Source: an uncultured bacterium (GTDB lineage Bacteria; Macinerneyibacteriota; Macinerneyibacteria; Macinerneyibacteriales; CAYRFE01). From it: a DNA stretch of 64,000 nucleotides. Under the pieces are notes generated by a model. The model worked only from the letters and a program-made list of their open reading frames with translations, was not told where the DNA came from and searched no databases. The translations under genes and the position numbers were made by a program. Location: NCBI GenBank assembly GCA_964423645.1, contig CAYRFE010000004.1, forward strand, positions 27,227 to 91,226, written 5' to 3'. The first letter of the stretch is position 1; the number at the start of each line of letters is the position of its first letter. Positions 59,442 through 64,000 of the stretch are shown here, piece after piece.

Positions 59442-59912
59442 TTACACGAAAGAAACGATTTTCATATCCGTCGAGTCGAATGCGGCATCACAAACTTCAG
59501 CTCTCGCCGTTACATAATAGTCGCAATGCTCTTTTTGAACAAACGAACCTATTTTCCCCAAGATATGAAACACCCCGCCTTGTGCAATGAGTGCTTCATT
59601 TTTTGTTTTCATTATGGCAAAATCTAAACGTATCGGAAATGTTCTCACGATTCCGGCCTGGAGATTGATCGGCCCGGCAATGACGCATGTACCCAATTCA
59701 AACTTTCGGGTCTTTTTTTCTTTCCCTTTTCCGGTTGTATGTTTTTCTATAAAACTGACAGTTATTGAAATTATCTGCTGGTCGCTTTTCGAATGCACGG
59801 CGACATTACCTTCAAGCCGTTTACTGTCTTTGGGTATCTCAAGCGGAATTTCAAGCTCAATCGTAACTCCGTGTATACCTAAAAATGTTTTGACCTTTTT
59901 TAAAATCGACAT
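59442..59912 (-). CDS. SpoOM-like family protein (tentative)
   Basis: N-terminal MSILKKVKTFLGIHGVTIELEIPLEIPKDSKRLEGNVAVHSKSDQQI resembles the Spo0M N-terminal pattern. Confidence 0.35.
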   Translation of the reverse strand: MSILKKVKTFLGIHGVTIELEIPLEIPKDSKRLEGNVAVHSKSDQQIISITVSFIEKHTTGKGKEKKTRKFELGTCVIAGPINLQAGIVRTFPIRLDFAIMKTKNEALIAQGGVFHILGKIGSFVQKEHCDYYVTARAEVCDAAFDSTDMKIVSFV

Positions 59913-60021
59913 TGATATTCCTCCTTGCAGAACGGCATATACAATACCAGATTACCGCAAAAAATCAAGTCGTCGACCTGAGAAAATGCCGTGCATACGA
60001 ATACAAATATTTGCAATACAA

Positions 60022-60210
60022 TTATAATAAAAAACCCGAAGCTTCGTAAGGAACTTTTTTACGCAACAACAAAACAGACCCGTTATCATCAGCAACGGAA
60101 CCGTTATCAGCATCCCGTATATGCGTATAGACGAACAACGCGACAAATAATACCGCACATACCGTAAGAACAACTCCTGCAAAAATTATAAACTTTTTCA
60201 TGATATCCAC
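60022..60210 (-). CDS. Small membrane protein, hypothetical
   Basis: 62 aa with one TM helix (FIIFAGVVLTVCAVLFVALFVY). Confidence 0.3.
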   Translation of the reverse strand: MDIMKKFIIFAGVVLTVCAVLFVALFVYTHIRDADNGSVADDNGSVLLLRKKVPYEASGFLL

Positions 60211-60269
60211 CTCTTATTAAGAATAAGACATCACATACGGTTAAAAAGTTTCAATTCACATTCATTCGC

Positions 60270-60977
60270 TTAATCGACGTTTCGCAAAATGTGCACAAGT
60301 AATCCCTGCATATTGAACATGGCATGGATAAGTATCGCGATGATCATGGAATTATATTTTTCTCGAAAATATCCCGCACACCATCCGAGGACCGTCGTCA
60401 CTACGATAATCTGTACCACAAAAAGCATACTTGCACCGGTTTTTATCAATCCGACATGCATCAATCCGAACACGATACCGCTTAAGATAACAGGCCATGT
60501 TATACGCGTACCGAAAAATGGCACCGAATACTTTTTAAGCGGAGCTAACATTGTTTGCAACAAACCACGCACAAGAAATTCTTCTGCGATACTCGCCCAG
60601 ATCACCACAAACAGCAGTATCTGCCATGATTGCATGGTTTGAAACACAAAATGCTCCGATTTACCGTTGTGTTCATAGCCCAGAGCGGTAGTTATCGCCA
60701 TAAAAAGCATCACTGAGATCGTGACCATGAGAAAAGACCACAAAAATGCTTTCACGGCGGACAAAAATGATATTGAAACATTACGTAATGGCCAAATATC
60801 TTTACGACGTAATACCCATGCACAGAAAACTGTCAATACAAGCATTGATGTGTGTAACCAAAAAGTAGAAGGAATATACGGAACATGTATACCGGAAACC
60901 ATTGTGATTATCATCGATGCCGCAAATATTCCTAAGGTTAACACGAATGCCGAAACAATTCTCATAAGAGTTGACAT
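60270..60977 (-). CDS. CPBP family intramembrane glutamic endopeptidase (CAAX protease/Abi)
   Basis: Motifs EEFLVRG, FGLMH, HAMFN in the expected order within a polytopic membrane protein. Confidence 0.75.
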   Translation of the reverse strand: MSTLMRIVSAFVLTLGIFAASMIITMVSGIHVPYIPSTFWLHTSMLVLTVFCAWVLRRKDIWPLRNVSISFLSAVKAFLWSFLMVTISVMLFMAITTALGYEHNGKSEHFVFQTMQSWQILLFVVIWASIAEEFLVRGLLQTMLAPLKKYSVPFFGTRITWPVILSGIVFGLMHVGLIKTGASMLFVVQIIVVTTVLGWCAGYFREKYNSMIIAILIHAMFNMQGLLVHILRNVD

Positions 60978-61079
60978 GATTACCTCCTAAAACAGTAGTA
61001 TAGTTCACGACTCTTGTTTGTCAACATGATGTTTGTTTTTTTCTATTGAAATTTCTTATTCTGCCGATACAATACATAT

Positions 61080-62048
61080 ATGAGGAATACTTTTATACAT
61101 TCTTTCACACTCATAGCGTTTTTCATGCTCATGAGTTGTGCCAAAGCAAATGACGACATCACGAATCCCGATGTATTGACAACGTTTCGCCCTGTCACTC
61201 AATGGGCAGTGGTGGTCGGCTCCCAAAGCACGCATATTCAAAACCCGCAATCACTTCACATCACTGCGCAGAACGAGGTGTACATTGCCGATTTCGCCAA
61301 TGACCGCATACAGGTTTTCGGTGTAACCGGAGCATATGTGCGAACGATCGGAAGCAGAGGAAGTGATATCGGTCAGATGATCGGGCCTCGCGGAGTTGCC
61401 GTTGACTCGTTAGGCAATATTCTTGTGTCCGATTACGGTAATGGTCGTGTGTTATTTTTTGCTAAAACATCTTCAGGTTTTGAGAATACGCTCACTTTTA
61501 CTGCTTTTAACGGCACAACCCTAAATCAACCTTACGGGGTAGCCACGTATGAAGAATTTGTACCCCAAATATCGGGTGATTTTTATATTGTCGATACCGG
61601 TAACTCCCGTTTGGTACGCTGTGATCGAGCCGGAACATTTATATGGACCTACGGAACCGACGGGGCGGGAACAACACAGTTACATCTTCCAACCGATGTA
61701 GGTGTAACGGCAAACGGACAATATATCTATGTATCCGATACCGGTAATAATCGTATCGTCCAAATTGACAGAAACGGCACACGTATAACTTCTTGGGCAG
61801 ACGGTGGCGAATCACATGTCGATCTTAACGGCAATGTCGGGATACATGTAGATTATGCAGGGAATATTTATGTGGCAGATCAGTATAACCATCGAATCAT
61901 TAAGTATACGTCCACCGGCACTGTTTTGGGTTATTATGTGTTCGCATCGACGGTCTATCCTGTTGATATCGTATCTGATCATCGCGGAAATGTGTATGTG
62001 GCAGATTTTGTCAATTCAACAGTTCATATTCTTGCTGAATATCATTGA
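61080..62048 (+). CDS. NHL-repeat lipoprotein
   Basis: Lipobox LMSCAK. Six NHL repeats (YIADFANDRIQVF, LVSDYGNGRVLFF, YIVDTGNSRLVRC, YVSDTGNNRIVQI, YVADQYNHRIIKY, YVADFVNSTVHIL). Confidence 0.8.
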   Translation: MRNTFIHSFTLIAFFMLMSCAKANDDITNPDVLTTFRPVTQWAVVVGSQSTHIQNPQSLHITAQNEVYIADFANDRIQVFGVTGAYVRTIGSRGSDIGQMIGPRGVAVDSLGNILVSDYGNGRVLFFAKTSSGFENTLTFTAFNGTTLNQPYGVATYEEFVPQISGDFYIVDTGNSRLVRCDRAGTFIWTYGTDGAGTTQLHLPTDVGVTANGQYIYVSDTGNNRIVQIDRNGTRITSWADGGESHVDLNGNVGIHVDYAGNIYVADQYNHRIIKYTSTGTVLGYYVFASTVYPVDIVSDHRGNVYVADFVNSTVHILAEYH

Positions 62049-62058
62049 AAGGACTGCT

Positions 62059-62517
62059 ATGAAAACCATACAAGAACTCAAACGCGAACTCGAAACTCAT
62101 CCTCAGGAATATGCTTTTTACAGGGCTCTCGCCGATGCATATGTTGATAACAATGAGATCACTGAAGCGATTGATGTTTTTGAACGATATTTGACGATGA
62201 ATTCCGACCATTCAGAAGTATACAACAACCTCGGTTCGTTGTATTTTGTGATCAAGGATATCGTGAAAGCAGAGCAATATTTCATAGACGGTTTGCAAAA
62301 AGATCCTTCCAATCTTGATATTATCTGCAACTTACGAGATATTTACGCACAGGTCGGCAGATTGGATGCGTCATTGGGCATGATCGAACGATATGCTGAA
62401 CTCACCAAAGACCCGTTGGTCTTCAAAGAACTTGCCGAAACCTATAAAAAATTCGGCAACTATCCCAAAATGCTTGAAATGGAGCAAAAATACTACCTGT
62501 TCGCCGAGAAGGCATAG
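62059..62517 (+). CDS. TPR-repeat protein
   Basis: Start at ATG 62059 with RBS GAAAGGA. TPR-like helices (AFYRALADAYVDNNEITEAIDVFERYL). Confidence 0.6.
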   Translation: MKTIQELKRELETHPQEYAFYRALADAYVDNNEITEAIDVFERYLTMNSDHSEVYNNLGSLYFVIKDIVKAEQYFIDGLQKDPSNLDIICNLRDIYAQVGRLDASLGMIERYAELTKDPLVFKELAETYKKFGNYPKMLEMEQKYYLFAEKA

Positions 62518-62520
62518 ATA

Positions 62521-63945
62521 ATGGATCCGCTCATATCAGCATGTCTTATAGTTAAAAACGAAGAAAAAAACCTATCCCGATGCCTTCATTCGATTGTTGA
62601 TAAAGTCGATGAAATAATTGTGGTTGATACCGGCTCATCCGACAGTACAGTAGCATGTGCTAAAATATTTACCGATAAAGTCTACTATTTCCCGTGGATC
62701 AACGACTTCAGTGCAGCTCGCAATGAAAGCCTTGCATATGCACAATACGATTGGGTATTTGTCATTGACGCAGATGAAGTGCTCGATTCAACGTGTAATT
62801 TACAACAACTGATACGTGACAATCCTCATGCAACCGCCTTTACATTAAAAGAAATTGATGTCACCCCCGATAGTGAACCGGTAAGCATAAGCGTGAGCAG
62901 TGAGAGATTGTTTTTACGAAAAAACGCTCGGTATGATGCGTTAGTGCACAACGCTCTCACGCTTCAAAAACCGCTTGTCGTCCATCACGACTCTGTGTTG
63001 TACCATTACGGTTATAATATGAGTGATGCGGAACTTATAACCAAATACGAGCCGCGATTGCCCTTACTGGAAGAACGATGCAGATGTTACCCGTCTTTTG
63101 AGTCGGACTATTACCTTGCAAGTACCTATTTGATACTCAAGCGGTATAATGATGCATACGCTGTGTTTGAAAAAATAACGAAAAAGTATCCTCGCTTCGA
63201 ACGTCAAGAAAATATCAGAACAGGAATAAACATATGTTTTTTGGATTTTGTTTTGAATAATCCCGATAAAGGTTATTCCCGCGCAAGTCACTTTTTCGAA
63301 GCGACCAATCGACCGATTTTTTTATTTTTCAAAGGGATATTCGCTTCCAAAATCGGAAAATATACCGAATCAGAATCAGACCTGTCATTGGTCACTCCCG
63401 ATGATGATTTCCTTTCAATACCTGACCATCGACGATTGATCGCCTATGCACGAGGGATTAATGCGTTCTTCTGTAATAATATTGAGAGAGCACAACACTA
63501 TTTCAACGAATACATCGCGTCACATTCACCGGGAGAAGGACAATTGCTCGCAACAGCCGACACGTATGTCGCTATCAATCGGACTGATCTGCTCGAGTCC
63601 CTTGCGTCTGATCTTGAAAAATGTGAGCAGCCGCATGCTTGGGCGTTACGTGCCTTATATGCGGAAAAATCCGGAGATCTGCCCGGCGCGGTTCAATGGT
63701 ATAATCGTGCACTTGCGCACACCCCGAAGAGTGCGCTCTATAACGCATTGGGTGTGGTTCTTTTTCGTCTTAAGGATACTGAAAGAGCCGTTGAAATAAT
63801 AAAAAAGGCAGTTACGTGTTCACCTGTTGATATGCGTGCATTTGACAATCTCATGCTTATTTACAAAGATGTGCTCCACGATGAAACAAATTACGTCTAC
63901 TGGGAAGCGCAACGAAACACAATGAAAGGCACACATACCGTATGA
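62521..63945 (+). CDS. Family 2 glycosyltransferase with C-terminal TPR repeats
   Basis: ISACLIVKNEEKNLSRCLHS...VVDTGSSDST...DADEV is a GT2 (SpsA-like) N-terminus. TPR-like C-terminus. Confidence 0.8.
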   Translation: MDPLISACLIVKNEEKNLSRCLHSIVDKVDEIIVVDTGSSDSTVACAKIFTDKVYYFPWINDFSAARNESLAYAQYDWVFVIDADEVLDSTCNLQQLIRDNPHATAFTLKEIDVTPDSEPVSISVSSERLFLRKNARYDALVHNALTLQKPLVVHHDSVLYHYGYNMSDAELITKYEPRLPLLEERCRCYPSFESDYYLASTYLILKRYNDAYAVFEKITKKYPRFERQENIRTGINICFLDFVLNNPDKGYSRASHFFEATNRPIFLFFKGIFASKIGKYTESESDLSLVTPDDDFLSIPDHRRLIAYARGINAFFCNNIERAQHYFNEYIASHSPGEGQLLATADTYVAINRTDLLESLASDLEKCEQPHAWALRALYAEKSGDLPGAVQWYNRALAHTPKSALYNALGVVLFRLKDTERAVEIIKKAVTCSPVDMRAFDNLMLIYKDVLHDETNYVYWEAQRNTMKGTHTV

Positions 63946-64000
63946 AACATGAAGAAAAATTGCGAAACTTGACCGATGCTTTAAAAAACAAAGATTTCGA
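63942..64000 (+). CDS. Start of next gene, partial (hypothetical)
   Basis: ATGA overlap with the GT2 stop. MKHEEKLRNLTDALKNKDF runs off the window. Confidence 0.3.
   Translation, partial: MKHEEKLRNLTDALKNKDF

Overview
This is a 64 kb bacterial chromosomal window. About 90% is coding, with a strong coding bias to the minus strand. Lipoproteins, a TolC-like protein, outer-membrane beta-barrels and LPS O-antigen-type genes suggest a diderm organism; GC looks like roughly 40-45% with AT-rich islands (by eye, not computed). All calls come from reading motifs and translations by eye. No searches were run.

Housekeeping genes I recognise: metK, a znuA-znuC-znuB-zur zinc uptake operon, murE, purB, guaB, hflX, truA, an RluA-family pseudouridine synthase, birA, tRNA-Gly(CCC), an SDR-type L-threonine dehydrogenase, a cation diffusion facilitator transporter, and an ArsR regulator with a glutaredoxin-like protein.

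Accessory content: (1) A surface-glycan cluster with WbuX/WbuY/WbuZ-type acetamidino-sugar genes (N-acetyl sugar amidotransferase plus HisH/HisF-like), a DegT aminotransferase, an LbH acetyltransferase, an epimerase and a TPR-glycosyltransferase. An AT-rich island carrying an IS200-like/REP-associated tyrosine transposase (RAYT) sits between wbuZ and wbuX. (2) A roughly 90-165 bp REP/MITE-like repeat family with G-rich palindromes and terminal inverted repeats, seen in at least 7 intergenic copies. (3) A five-gene operon: serine-palmitoyltransferase-like alpha-oxoamine synthase, DAGK-family lipid kinase, sugar-phosphate nucleotidyltransferase, MetK, TPR lipoprotein. (4) A three-gene operon: chagasin-like protein, an 11-residue tandem-repeat mini-protein, and a 7TMR-DISM hybrid histidine kinase. 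The kinase shares a C-terminal CxxC...HxICPDC module with a separate PAS protein. (5) A cluster of SHOCT-tagged proteins (DUF2089, DUF4097 toastrack, a membrane protein, a SHOCT protein) flanked by three paralogous GKGPGE(F/I)-motif lipoproteins. (6) A 102-bp direct repeat that exactly brackets a methyltransferase gene.

The supplied ORF track omits ORFs that run off the window edges and sometimes starts ORFs at non-ATG codons, so I adjusted several starts by hand.
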